Source: Candidatus Omnitrophota bacterium | GTDB lineage: Bacteria > Omnitrophota > Gorgyraeia > 2-01-FULL-45-10 | Direction of reading: 5' to 3' | Length of the DNA: 64,000 nucleotides | NCBI GenBank assembly: GCA_028716065.1 | Contig: JAQUQN010000001.1 | Coordinates: forward strand, 13,266 to 77,265 | Shown: in pieces, positions 9,844-19,476 of the stretch | Position numbering within the stretch: position 1 is the stretch's first letter | Layout: every line of letters begins with the position of its first letter | Program-made: the position numbers and the translations under genes | The notes under the pieces: generated by a model | What the model was told of the DNA's origin: nothing | What the model saw: only the letters and a program-made list of their open reading frames with translations | Database searches by the model: none

Positions 9844-11058
9844 GTGGCAAATTTTAAATATGCTGCGAAGGATAGTTCAGGCAAGACGATCACTGGTATG
9901 CTGGAAGCCAAGGACCGCGCAGGAGCCATGGAAATTTTACGGAGCAAGGAATTTATCATCGTTTCGCTGAATGAGACTTCCGGCGCATCCAAGGGTTCTT
10001 TTAGTTTCTTCAGTAAGTCCAAGGTCAAGCTGGACGACCTTGTCATTTTTGCCAGGCAGCTGGCGACGATGGTAGACGCCGGTATACCCCTGGTAAGCGC
10101 GCTCGATATATTGAGCGAACAGATAGAGAACAAGACTTTCGGCGACGTTATCATCAACGTGAGACAGGATGTGGAAACAGGATCGAGCCTTTCGGAGGCG
10201 ATGAATAAGCATAAAAAAGTTTTTTCAGCCCTATTTGTAAACATGGTAAAGGCCGGTGAGTCGAGCGGCATGCTCGACGAGATACTCGACCGTCTGGCGG
10301 CTTACCTGGAGAAGACGAGCGCGCTTCAGAAGAAGATCAAGTCTGCCCTCATGTATCCGGCCGTAGTTACCAGCATGGCCATAGGCATAACGCTGCTTTT
10401 ATTGTTAAAGGTCATACCGATATTCAAGGAGATATTTTCTGGTTTCGGGGCGGACCTGCCCGTGCCAACACTCATACTGATCACCATCAGCGATTCTTTG
10501 CGCAAGTATTTTGTTATTGTGGTGATCCTCCTCGCCGGGGCGGGATATCTCTTTTCGAGATATCTCAAAACGGACAAGGGCCGGTATCAGTTTGACGGTT
10601 TTTTGCTCAACATGCCGGTTTTCGGGATATTATTCAAGAAAGTGGCCATCAGTAAATTTACCAGGACATTATCGACTTTGATCAAGAGCGGCGTACCGAT
10701 CCTCGGAGCGCTGGAGATAGTCAGTAAGACCGCGGGTAATAAAGTTGTCGAGGCCGCGGTGGATAAGGTGCGCATGAACGTCAGGGAAGGCGAAAATGTA
10801 GCGGAACCTCTGGCCAAATCGAAGATATTTCCCCCCATGGTCGTGAGGATGGTGTCCGTGGGCGAGCAGGCGGGGGAACTGGAGAAGATGCTTTCAAAGA
10901 TAGCCGATTTTTATGATGAACAGGTCGATACGGCGGTCAGCGGATTGACCAGTATGATAGAACCTCTCATAATAGCCTTTCTGGGGGTGGTTATCGGTTC
11001 CATAGTCATATGCATGTTCCTGCCGATATTCAAGATCACTTCCATAGTAAGCGGATAA
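9844..11058 (+). CDS. pilC: Type IV pilus platform protein PilC (GspF family)
   Basis: Two GspF repeats on a polytopic membrane protein. GTG 9844 lies directly after the pilB2 stop. The ORF-track start at 9793 overlaps pilB2. Confidence 0.85.
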   Translation: MANFKYAAKDSSGKTITGMLEAKDRAGAMEILRSKEFIIVSLNETSGASKGSFSFFSKSKVKLDDLVIFARQLATMVDAGIPLVSALDILSEQIENKTFGDVIINVRQDVETGSSLSEAMNKHKKVFSALFVNMVKAGESSGMLDEILDRLAAYLEKTSALQKKIKSALMYPAVVTSMAIGITLLLLLKVIPIFKEIFSGFGADLPVPTLILITISDSLRKYFVIVVILLAGAGYLFSRYLKTDKGRYQFDGFLLNMPVFGILFKKVAISKFTRTLSTLIKSGVPILGALEIVSKTAGNKVVEAAVDKVRMNVREGENVAEPLAKSKIFPPMVVRMVSVGEQAGELEKMLSKIADFYDEQVDTAVSGLTSMIEPLIIAFLGVVIGSIVICMFLPIFKITSIVSG

Positions 11059-11087
11059 AACGCTGAAATAATCTCTGGCGCAGCCCC

Positions 11088-11116
11088 TTGACAATACGCG
11101 ATTTACCAGGTATACT
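11088..11116 (+). promoter_or_regulatory. Sigma70-type promoter TTGACA-N17-TATACT upstream of the major pilin
   Basis: TTGACA 11088-11093, a 17-nt spacer, TATACT 11111-11116. The AGGAGG RBS at about 11208 precedes ATG 11226. Confidence 0.5.
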
Positions 11117-11225
11117 TTAACACAAAAGGTCTACGCTGAAGTATAAATATATATATATTATCCGCTTCAGAGTAGGCCTTACAAGTCAATACCCAATTCT
11201 GGGAAGAAAGGAGGGGAAAAGTAAA

Positions 11226-11555
11226 ATGTTAAGAAGAAAGGGCTTTACGCTCGTTGAAATTATGATAGTAGTCGCAATTATCGGTTTATTAGCGGCGATA
11301 GCCATTCCTAACTTCATCAAGGCGAGAGAGACGGCCGAGAAGAACGCTTGTATCGCGAACCTGAAACAGATCCAGGGAGCGGTCCAGGTATGGGCGATAG
11401 ATAACGGCAAGACCAGTAGCGATACGCCCACGACCGGCGACCTCGTTCCGAATTACATTAAGGCATGGCCTAAATGTAAAGGGACGGCTTATGCCGTACC
11501 TGCTGTTAGCGCGGATCCGGCTTGTCCAGGTACTATATCCGGACACACGTTATAA
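11226..11555 (+). CDS. pilA: Type IVa pilin (prepilin, class III signal)
   Basis: MLRRKG|FTLVEIMIVVAIIGLLAAIAIP N-terminal methylation motif. C-terminal Cys pair. 109 aa. Confidence 0.85.
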   Translation: MLRRKGFTLVEIMIVVAIIGLLAAIAIPNFIKARETAEKNACIANLKQIQGAVQVWAIDNGKTSSDTPTTGDLVPNYIKAWPKCKGTAYAVPAVSADPACPGTISGHTL

Positions 11556-11596
11556 GATAGGAAGGTTACTGACGTTTATATTTAGTTAACGAGCGG

Positions 11597-11631
11597 CCCC
11601 ACACTCAGCTTGCTGGGTGTGGGGTTTTTTT
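11597..11631 (+). terminator. Rho-independent terminator after pilA
   Basis: 13-bp GC-rich stem (ccccacactcagc / gctgggtgtgggg), a 3-nt loop, then TTTTTTT. Confidence 0.7.
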
Positions 11632-11706
11632 GCGCATTTTGAGCTAAGTATTTTCATTCCTAACCTTGACAAAGTCCTCTTTATATGATAAATTCTTTTT
11701 AATAAG

Positions 11707-12180
11707 ATGAAAATTTGTTTTAAATATTATCGTAATGCATTTACCCCGTTAGAGAAAACCACCGATTTTAATCAGTGGTTATATCCGGATAAAGCTAACC
11801 CCGTTAGAAAAGATTTTTCTAAGGCGGTAAAAGAACCGCTAAATTCTCTAACGGGGTTTACGTTAGTTGAAATAATGATCGTTGTTGCCATAATAGCGAT
11901 CATAATAGCGATAGCCCTTCCGAATTATCTCAAAACGAGCACAGTTTCCAAAAAGACCATCTGCATAAATAATCTGAAACAGATAGACGCTGCCATAGAC
12001 CAGTGGGCCATGGAGAACGATATTCCCAAGGGCGCTCAGGCAACGGAAGAAGTCTATGATTATGTAAACGGCTCCAGGATAACTTGTCCGTCAGGAGGTG
12101 TATATACGTTACATTCGGTGGGAAGCAAGCCGCAGGTCACATGCAGTTTGGAAAATGAGGGGCATAAACTTCCGGAATGA
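11707..12180 (+). CDS. Second pilin-like protein with an unusually long 52-aa leader
   Basis: The mature part, G|FTLVEIMIVVAIIAIIIAIALPNY..., is homologous to pilA. ATG 11707 is the only in-frame start before it. Palindromic-element half-sites are embedded in the leader-coding DNA. Confidence 0.65.
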   Translation: MKICFKYYRNAFTPLEKTTDFNQWLYPDKANPVRKDFSKAVKEPLNSLTGFTLVEIMIVVAIIAIIIAIALPNYLKTSTVSKKTICINNLKQIDAAIDQWAMENDIPKGAQATEEVYDYVNGSRITCPSGGVYTLHSVGSKPQVTCSLENEGHKLPE

Positions 12181-12181
12181 T

Positions 12182-12592
12182 ATGCGTTTAACAGGCAAAA
12201 AGGGTTTAACGCTGGTAGAGAGTATCGTAAGCATTTTTTTGTTAAGTACTTTTTTGGTCAGCCTGCTAGGCGCTTTTTTTATTTCGCGGCTTAGTTTAGA
12301 TCTGGCTAAACATAGATTTATAGCGATGAGCGTGATAAAAAAATATATAGAGGAAGAAACGAGTTTTGGATTCAACGAAGGAACTTACGGCACAGTAACT
12401 TCGTCCGCTGACATAGCCATTCCGGAGTTAAGTGATGTGGGTGGTATTATCAGACCGGAGCCATATCCGCCTACCATAATGACCGTGGATTCGAGCTCTT
12501 TCCGCATTATAGGTTTTGCGGTAGAATGGCAAGAGAAGCTTATTAATAAGGCAAGCCCGTGGAGAGAAAAGGTTGTTGTATATGTTCAGTAG
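12182..12592 (+). CDS. Minor pilin/pseudopilin (prepilin-type N-terminus)
   Basis: MRLTGKKG|LTLVESIVSIFLL N-terminus. The ATG lies directly after the upstream stop. The ORF-track start at 12098 overlaps the upstream gene. Confidence 0.6.
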   Translation: MRLTGKKGLTLVESIVSIFLLSTFLVSLLGAFFISRLSLDLAKHRFIAMSVIKKYIEEETSFGFNEGTYGTVTSSADIAIPELSDVGGIIRPEPYPPTIMTVDSSSFRIIGFAVEWQEKLINKASPWREKVVVYVQ

Positions 12593-13238
12593 CGGCTCCG
12601 CGAAAAAAAAAGCTTTTACCCTGACAGAGACCATAGTCGCCATGGCGTTGATAGTCTATGTATTTTCCGGAGCGTGGCTTACTTATGCAACGATATGGAC
12701 ATGGTGGCATGAGATAGCGCCAAAGATAGAGGCGCAGCGTCTGGTGAAGGTGGCGCTTTCAAAGATTATGACGGGCGAGACAGATACCAGCGCCGGGACA
12801 GACTCGATAGAAGGCACGACATATAACAGGCGGGACGGCATTGGATGGGCCTCTACTCTTCTTGATGAAGATTTGGCGGTGGATGATGACGGTGATGGAA
12901 GCATCGATAGATTGATCTGGGAAAATAACAGGATAGATTTCCGGCTGGCAAGCGATAGCGCAGGGGACATAAGGTCTTTCTACGTGGCACAGGAGGATAT
13001 TTCAGGAAAGAACTGTATTTATTATTATTACATGATCACGCGAAACGGCATAGTTACCGAAGAGACACGACCTATAGTCAAGATGCCCAATTCCCGGGAC
13101 ATCATAAATATCGATTTCGAGTTCATAACGCAATATAGTATGCTGGTGGCCACAGTTACTTTACAAAAGAAACTCGATACAGCTACAGGCGAGTATACGA
13201 TAGCGCTCAATGATTACATGCATTTAAGGAATATCTAA
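12573..13238 (+). CDS. Minor pilin-like protein (PilW/GspJ-like)
   Basis: KKKA|FTLTETIVAMALI prepilin-like N-terminus with Ala at -1. The exact start is uncertain (12573 or 12582). Confidence 0.5.
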   Translation: MLYMFSSGSAKKKAFTLTETIVAMALIVYVFSGAWLTYATIWTWWHEIAPKIEAQRLVKVALSKIMTGETDTSAGTDSIEGTTYNRRDGIGWASTLLDEDLAVDDDGDGSIDRLIWENNRIDFRLASDSAGDIRSFYVAQEDISGKNCIYYYYMITRNGIVTEETRPIVKMPNSRDIINIDFEFITQYSMLVATVTLQKKLDTATGEYTIALNDYMHLRNI

Positions 13239-13242
13239 AAAA

Positions 13243-14595
13243 GTGGAAACAAAAAAAGGTTTTGTCCTGATCATAGTATTGGCGTTTTTAGCGGTGGTGT
13301 CTCTCATGGCAGGCGTTATTATATATATCGGCGTGAATGAGCTTTCGCAGGCGACAAGGAGGAATGATTTCGAAAGGGCTTATTATCTCGCCATATCGGG
13401 AGCTCAGATGCAGTATTTATACTATATAAAACAGGGCACATCCGATCTGGCCGAACAGGAAGTGTTGATAGATACGGTAGACGGTAAACAGGTCAAGGGA
13501 TATTTTAATCCTCGCGCCTATCCTCTAGAGCAAGATGGCGAAGTGGATATAGTATCGGTCGGATGCGTAAATAAAGGCGCGTTTAACGAGTGCCGTGTTA
13601 CCATGGTAGTTAAATATTATCAGTCCCCATCGATAGCGTCGCCGGGCATGATAACGATGACGGGACATAAAACATTGATCTTTATATCCAGAGTTACCGT
13701 GAATGAAAGCGTGGGAAGCAACACTGGTATAAATCCCATCCAATATGTGTCGCTCCCGGAATATAGAAAAGTAGCAAACCCCGATCTTACAGCACTTTCT
13801 TACTGGATAGACGCGAGTGATCCATATAACGTGAAAGCGCTCTATGACACGAATGGAAACGGAGCGCGTATCACGGATCAAAATACGGATGGGACGATTA
13901 CAATAGACGACGCCATACTTCAGGGGCAGGGAGATCCTATTCTGATAGAGCAGTGTAAATCTATATTCAGGGCGGACAATCCCTATCATCCGGGAGGCGG
14001 TGAAGAATACGGCGCGATAGACGACCTCGATGCCTTTTACGAATATTATACTCACGATTTGAATTATAAAGATCCCAGCCATCCACTGCAGGTAGCTCCG
14101 GGCGAGCTAAATTATTATCAGGGGGATCAGACTTTTGATCCGTGGTTTCATCCGAATAATAAAGAGATAACTTTCGTTGATGGCAATGTCACCATCTGGT
14201 TCAGCGATGAAAATTGGTCCGGAGACCCCAAAGACCACACGATAGTATCCACCAAAAATATCGCGGTTAATTATCTCACTAACCGCGCTAGCGATAGATT
14301 AACGCTCATAGCGTATGGTAACGTTACGTTTGATTACGGTATAAGTTTTCTTCAGGTAAACGGGGACGTGGTAGTGCAGGCCGGAGGCAATTTTATCGCG
14401 AAGTACGGCGGTCAGACAAACGGGACAATGTTTGCCAATACTGGCATAACAGTCGACACGATAGGTTCGATAGGCCTGATCTTTAACCGTATCCTTAATA
14501 ATGAAAAGTTTGACCGCTCCGATCCGGATCAGATACCTTTAGGATTGCATCCGGACTATCCTAAGCCTAGACAATCATTATGGCAGAGGCCTTGA
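13243..14595 (+). CDS. PilX/GspK-like large minor pilin
   Basis: N-terminus KKGFVLIIVLAFLAVVSLMAGVI is PilX_N-like. Large periplasmic C-terminal domain. Confidence 0.55.
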   Translation: METKKGFVLIIVLAFLAVVSLMAGVIIYIGVNELSQATRRNDFERAYYLAISGAQMQYLYYIKQGTSDLAEQEVLIDTVDGKQVKGYFNPRAYPLEQDGEVDIVSVGCVNKGAFNECRVTMVVKYYQSPSIASPGMITMTGHKTLIFISRVTVNESVGSNTGINPIQYVSLPEYRKVANPDLTALSYWIDASDPYNVKALYDTNGNGARITDQNTDGTITIDDAILQGQGDPILIEQCKSIFRADNPYHPGGGEEYGAIDDLDAFYEYYTHDLNYKDPSHPLQVAPGELNYYQGDQTFDPWFHPNNKEITFVDGNVTIWFSDENWSGDPKDHTIVSTKNIAVNYLTNRASDRLTLIAYGNVTFDYGISFLQVNGDVVVQAGGNFIAKYGGQTNGTMFANTGITVDTIGSIGLIFNRILNNEKFDRSDPDQIPLGLHPDYPKPRQSLWQRP

Positions 14596-14601
14596 GCTTT
14601 T

Positions 14602-15153
14602 ATGCAGAATAGAAGTATTCTTTTTATAAATATAATATTAGGCGTATGTTTGGTTATTATCGTTACGGTGATATTTTACAAGGAATTGCGGGTGGCGTTG
14701 TCGAGAAACGTAATTTCCGAAAAGAAGCCCCTGGAGGAGGGGACGGACGGTTATAATTTCCACGGCAGGGTTGAAAGAAAGTCCCAGACTGATCTTAAAA
14801 AAATAATAAGAGAGAAGATTGCTTCCGAAAAACGCAAAATGGCCGGAAAACCATTATCCAGAGGTACTGGTTTATCGGCGCAGTCCACGGATAAGGATGT
14901 GGGTGAAAATATGATGAGGCGGTGGGCGAAAGTAAGCCCGGAAGATAAAGAGAATTTCATTAAAAGTCTGGATGAGCAGATTTTAAAAGCCAAGGGTGTT
15001 TTAAAGTTGAATCCCGAGGACACGGAAGCAAAAAACGAGCTGTTTATGAGTGAAACCACAAAGAAGCTGGTCATGAGTGGTTTTGATTACAGGTCCATAG
15101 AGGCTGCGATAAAGGGTGAGGAAGATTTCTCCAAAGTCCAAATTAAAAAATAG
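14602..15153 (+). CDS. Hypothetical membrane-anchored protein inside the pilus locus
   Basis: One N-terminal TM helix and a charged, Lys/Glu-rich body. No recognisable domain. Confidence 0.4.
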   Translation: MQNRSILFINIILGVCLVIIVTVIFYKELRVALSRNVISEKKPLEEGTDGYNFHGRVERKSQTDLKKIIREKIASEKRKMAGKPLSRGTGLSAQSTDKDVGENMMRRWAKVSPEDKENFIKSLDEQILKAKGVLKLNPEDTEAKNELFMSETTKKLVMSGFDYRSIEAAIKGEEDFSKVQIKK

Positions 15154-15162
15154 GGCGCTATT

Positions 15163-16173
15163 ATGATATCGAAGCCGCAACTTAAATTAATAAATCGTGT
15201 AGGCCTAGACATAGGAAGTTCGTCTATCAAGTTGATGGAGGTTTCAGGCGCCTCCGGCGCGCAAAAGATAACGGCGCTGGGAACGAAAAAAATAAGGGAT
15301 CTTTCCAGACAATCGCTTACAAATTCTATTAAGAGTTTAACGCAGGAAATAAAAGTGAATTCAAGCGAGGCGGTTCTGTCCGTCTCCGGCGCATCGGTAA
15401 TAGTAAGGTTCATCTCGATGCCCAGAATGAGCGAAAAGGAACTTAAGGGCGCCGTCAGGTTCGAAGCTGAGAAATTCATCCCTTTCGATATAAAAGACTG
15501 CATGATCGATTTTCATATTTTAAGCCGGAACGAACGCGAAAATAAGACAGATGTTGTCCTGGCGCTGGCCAAGAAAGATCTTGTTGAGCAAAGGGTCAAG
15601 GCCGTGGAAGACGCGGGTTTCAGCGTAGGCGTGATGGATGTAGATTCGTTCGCCGTGACAAACGCGTTTTTGAAGAATTTTCCTTCTTTAGAGAGCGACA
15701 ATACGTGCGCCATTATCAATGTCGGAGCCAGTTATACTAACTTAAGTCTTGTAAAAGGGGGTCTACTCTGTTTCGTAAGGGATATAGCCATAGGCGGCAA
15801 CGAGTTTAACGCAGCCATGGCCAGGGAACTAGGGATGGATGAGTCAGGCTGTGAAGCTTTAAAGATCAGCCCCGGCCAGAAGGCTAAAGGCGTGAAGGAT
15901 TCCTTAAAAAATATACTCGGTAACCTGATAGACGAGATCAGGTTATCGTTCAGTTATTATGAAAACCAGTTCGGCAGGAACGTCGGATCGATCTATCTGT
16001 CCGGAGGAAGTTCGCGGCTTGTCGGTTTAGGCGATGCATTCGAAGATGCTTTCGGGCTTAAACCGGAGATCTGGGATCCGCTTAAGTTTTTAGATGTTTC
16101 TTCGATGGATGTAAAAAAACTGGAAGAATTGAGAAGTTCCATGGCCGTGGCGGCCGGTTTGATGCTGAGGTAA
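15163..16173 (+). CDS. pilM: Type IV pilus assembly protein PilM (actin-like ATPase)
   Basis: N-terminus IGLDIGSSSIKLMEV and an FtsA/actin fold signature. pilN follows. Confidence 0.85.
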   Translation: MISKPQLKLINRVGLDIGSSSIKLMEVSGASGAQKITALGTKKIRDLSRQSLTNSIKSLTQEIKVNSSEAVLSVSGASVIVRFISMPRMSEKELKGAVRFEAEKFIPFDIKDCMIDFHILSRNERENKTDVVLALAKKDLVEQRVKAVEDAGFSVGVMDVDSFAVTNAFLKNFPSLESDNTCAIINVGASYTNLSLVKGGLLCFVRDIAIGGNEFNAAMARELGMDESGCEALKISPGQKAKGVKDSLKNILGNLIDEIRLSFSYYENQFGRNVGSIYLSGGSSRLVGLGDAFEDAFGLKPEIWDPLKFLDVSSMDVKKLEELRSSMAVAAGLMLR

Positions 16174-16183
16174 ATTTAAATAG

Positions 16184-16861
16184 ATGATAGAGATCAATCT
16201 GTTACCGGAACAACGCAAGAAGAAGACAAGACAGGCCCAGCTGCCCAAATTGGATTTAGGGCAAATACCTGTTCTGAAGATCATGGCGGGGTTTCTTGTA
16301 ATACTTTTAGTTTTACAGACAGCCTTATTTTTTATCGGTATTTATTGCAGGATCAACCTTACTTCGTTGAACGCCAAATACAAGAAGATCCTGCCTGAGA
16401 AGCAAGAAGCCGATAGATTGAAAGCCATGACCGATTCGATGAGCAAGAAGGTGAAGAGCATCGATGACCTCATGGAGAACCGTCTGGATTGGGCCAGGAA
16501 ATTAAGCGACCTGGATGATTGCCTGACGCCCGGGGTGTGGTTGAGCGCGCTTAGCTATGATGAAGAGGCCGTTGAAAGGCCCATTGCTTCCGGCAGTGTG
16601 GCGATTACCGGTAAGGCAAAGGAAGGTAAGATAAAGACCGAAAGCGCCGTTGTAAGGCGTCTATTATTGTCGGGGTACGCGCTGACCATGGGCGAGGAAG
16701 GTACATCATTAATAGGCAGGTTCATCAAAAGCCTCAAAGATAACAGCGATTTTTATTCAGATTTTGGTAAGATAGAACTCGGATCAATAAAGAGAGACAG
16801 GTTTGACAAACAGGAAGTCATGAATTTCAGGATATTGTGTTTCTTCAAGGAGAATAGATGA
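16184..16861 (+). CDS. pilN: PilN
   Basis: MIEINLLPEQRKKK N-terminus and a single TM helix, typical of PilN. Confidence 0.8.
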   Translation: MIEINLLPEQRKKKTRQAQLPKLDLGQIPVLKIMAGFLVILLVLQTALFFIGIYCRINLTSLNAKYKKILPEKQEADRLKAMTDSMSKKVKSIDDLMENRLDWARKLSDLDDCLTPGVWLSALSYDEEAVERPIASGSVAITGKAKEGKIKTESAVVRRLLLSGYALTMGEEGTSLIGRFIKSLKDNSDFYSDFGKIELGSIKRDRFDKQEVMNFRILCFFKENR

Positions 16862-17451
16862 TAGATATTCTTGAGAGGTTAAATAAGAACAAAAAACAGG
16901 CCATGATATTTTTCATCGCGGCCTTTGTCATAGTCGTCATACTGTATTTTTATATATTGCTCTTGCCGCAAATAATGGCCTTGACGGATATCCTGGGTCA
17001 GACGGGCAAGCGGGTTTTCGAGTTGAAAGAGGCCCAGGCTGCCGTATCCAATATAGATAATCTTAAAAAGGCCGTGAAGGTCTATAATGAAAAGATAGAT
17101 ATTTACGAGAAGAGGCTGCCCGCGGAAAATGAGATCCCGACTTTGCTTGAAAGCCTTTCGATCATGGCAAGGGATTCCAACGTGAAGATAATCGGCATAA
17201 CGCCCGTGACACTTTTCGGTGATCAGAAAAAGCCAAGGGGCCGGATATATCAGGAATTCCCGATCCAGGTAAGCGCCAAGGCGGGATATCATGAGCTGGG
17301 GTGTTTTTTAGGCCGGCTCGAAAATGCGGACCGTTTCATGAAGGTTATAGATATAAATATAAATGCCGACGCCGCTACGCCAAAAAAACATGATGTGGAG
17401 CTTGTAGTCGCTACGTATATATTACTTAAAGAGGCCGGTAAGACGAGATGA
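16858..17451 (+). CDS. pilO: PilO-like protein
   Basis: Position after pilN with a 4-nt overlap. One TM helix, a coiled coil, and an appropriate size. Confidence 0.6.
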   Translation: MIDILERLNKNKKQAMIFFIAAFVIVVILYFYILLLPQIMALTDILGQTGKRVFELKEAQAAVSNIDNLKKAVKVYNEKIDIYEKRLPAENEIPTLLESLSIMARDSNVKIIGITPVTLFGDQKKPRGRIYQEFPIQVSAKAGYHELGCFLGRLENADRFMKVIDININADAATPKKHDVELVVATYILLKEAGKTR

Positions 17452-17834
17452 GGACAAAATATATCTGTTTGATGATAAGCATTTTCACTTTTGTCAGCGT
17501 AAATATACATGCCGGTAAGGCGCCCTTCAAATATGAAGCAAGGGGAAGGCGCGATCCGTTCATTCCCTTGATAAGCACCGACCGGTCGTCGCAGATCTCG
17601 CTGAAAGACGTCGTTTCCGTGGATGAATTAAAACTGGAAGGCATAGCCACTACCGGGTCCGGAGGCAAGAGATTTGCCATCATGAACGGCGAGATGCTCA
17701 AGGAGAATGAAAAGATAGGCAATGTAAAAATCAAACAGATATCCAATGCAGAAGTTCTATTGACGATATCTGAAAAGGAATATATAATCAGTTTACCTAA
17801 AAAAGAGGAGGGTCTGAAGAGTGGGAAAGAATAA
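17448..17834 (+). CDS. pilP: PilP-like lipoprotein
   Basis: Signal peptide, an RRDPF motif (PilP hallmark), and position between pilO and pilQ. Confidence 0.6.
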   Translation: MRTKYICLMISIFTFVSVNIHAGKAPFKYEARGRRDPFIPLISTDRSSQISLKDVVSVDELKLEGIATTGSGGKRFAIMNGEMLKENEKIGNVKIKQISNAEVLLTISEKEYIISLPKKEEGLKSGKE

Positions 17835-19476
17835 ACTTATTAGTTTCGGTTTGTTGTCCGTGGCGCTTTTTGTTTTTACCTCCATGGTTACGTCTTCGGC
17901 AGATGAAGGTCCCGCAACGCCGATGGCGGAAGAGGCCGAAGGAGCGGTTACTGAGCCGGCGGCAGCCGTTGAAGGAGCAGGATCTCAGTCTCCTGCCTCG
18001 GACGCGGAAATCGCCTCCGAAACGAACGAACCGGAAGAGGTTTCCAAATTAGAGCCGGGTTATATCACGGTCAATTTCAAGGGAGCGGATATAAGGACAG
18101 TGCTCGCCTATATAGCCGAGGTCTCCGGGATAGATATAGTTCCGGCGCCTGACGTCAAGGGCGTCGTCGATCTGAAGCTTACAAACAAGCCCTGGAAGGT
18201 GGCCATGGACCTCATAGCCAAAAACTATGGCCTGGCATATGAAAAGGAGGGCGACATAATAAGGGTCGTGACGCTCGACAAGATAAAGCAGGAGGAGCTC
18301 ATTACCCAGGCCTTTACGCTGAACTACGGAAAGGCGAAGGATATAGTCTCTTCGATACAAAATATCGTCAGCGAGAGAGGCAAGGTGATGTATGATGACA
18401 GGACCAACATCCTGCTTGTCACCGATATTCCAACCAACTTATATAAGATAGGCGAGATCATTGGCAAACTTGATAAAAAGACCGATCAGGTCCTCATCGA
18501 GGCCAGGGTAATTGAGACAGTGCTGGGCGAAGATGAAAAACTCGGCATAGACTGGAATATCAAATTCACGGCTACCGGAGCGAAGCGGCCGACCACACTG
18601 CCGTTTGAAGCGTTCAAGACACCTTTCAATACTAAGTCAGGCGAAATGCAGGCGTATTTCCCGCAGGTCCAGGTAGCGGCTCCGACGAGCACGACCGAGA
18701 CCGTTGGAGGCGCCACAGTGTCGACCGAATCGGCGCTATTCCCTTCCTCGGCTACAGGTGTTTTCAGCTTTCCATATGCAGCGGCAAGCGATTTTTCATT
18801 CGGCACTTTGGATTTTTCACAATTTCAGGCCGTTTTGGAAATGATAAAATCAAGGTCTGACACTGATCTCGTTTCCAATCCGAGGATAGCGACCCTGAAT
18901 AATACCGAAGCCTTAATCAACGTGGGGCAGACGATAAACCTGCCGACGTATGAACGGAATTCCACGACCGGTAAGATGGAGATAACCGGGTATGACGCCA
19001 AGGACCTGGGCATAATACTCAAGGTTACCCCGCACATAAACGATTCCGGAGAGATAGTCGTGGATCTCTTCCCGGAAATAAGCGATCTCATAAGATATGA
19101 CACACTGGATGCGGCCTCCGGGATCGTAGCGCCCGTATTCTCCGCAAGGCAGGCAAAGACCCAGGTGATGATAAAGGACGGCGATACGATATTCATAGGC
19201 GGCCTCATAAAAGAGAACAATGTGAACACGAAAAAGAAGATGCCGTTCTTCGGGGATATCCTGGGAGATGTCCCTTACCTGGGGCTCTTATTTACAAAGA
19301 AAGAGATAACAAAACGGAAGACAGAACTGGTATTCTTCATAACCGTCAACCTCATGAAGACGGGGAAAGAGATCAAGACTTCCCCCAAGCCGGAAAAGTC
19401 GTATCAACCCACGTTCGTCGCTACGCAGGAACCGGATAAGACTCCGAAAAAGAGAATGAAGAAGATGATGTTCTGA
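17821..19476 (+). CDS. pilQ: Type IV pilus secretin PilQ
   Basis: Signal peptide, an acidic low-complexity linker, an N0/Secretin_N domain, and a C-terminal secretin domain (NPRIATLNNTEALINVGQ..., GGLIKEN..., PFFGDILGDVPYLGLLF). Confidence 0.85.
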   Translation: MGKNKLISFGLLSVALFVFTSMVTSSADEGPATPMAEEAEGAVTEPAAAVEGAGSQSPASDAEIASETNEPEEVSKLEPGYITVNFKGADIRTVLAYIAEVSGIDIVPAPDVKGVVDLKLTNKPWKVAMDLIAKNYGLAYEKEGDIIRVVTLDKIKQEELITQAFTLNYGKAKDIVSSIQNIVSERGKVMYDDRTNILLVTDIPTNLYKIGEIIGKLDKKTDQVLIEARVIETVLGEDEKLGIDWNIKFTATGAKRPTTLPFEAFKTPFNTKSGEMQAYFPQVQVAAPTSTTETVGGATVSTESALFPSSATGVFSFPYAAASDFSFGTLDFSQFQAVLEMIKSRSDTDLVSNPRIATLNNTEALINVGQTINLPTYERNSTTGKMEITGYDAKDLGIILKVTPHINDSGEIVVDLFPEISDLIRYDTLDAASGIVAPVFSARQAKTQVMIKDGDTIFIGGLIKENNVNTKKKMPFFGDILGDVPYLGLLFTKKEITKRKTELVFFITVNLMKTGKEIKTSPKPEKSYQPTFVATQEPDKTPKKRMKKMMF

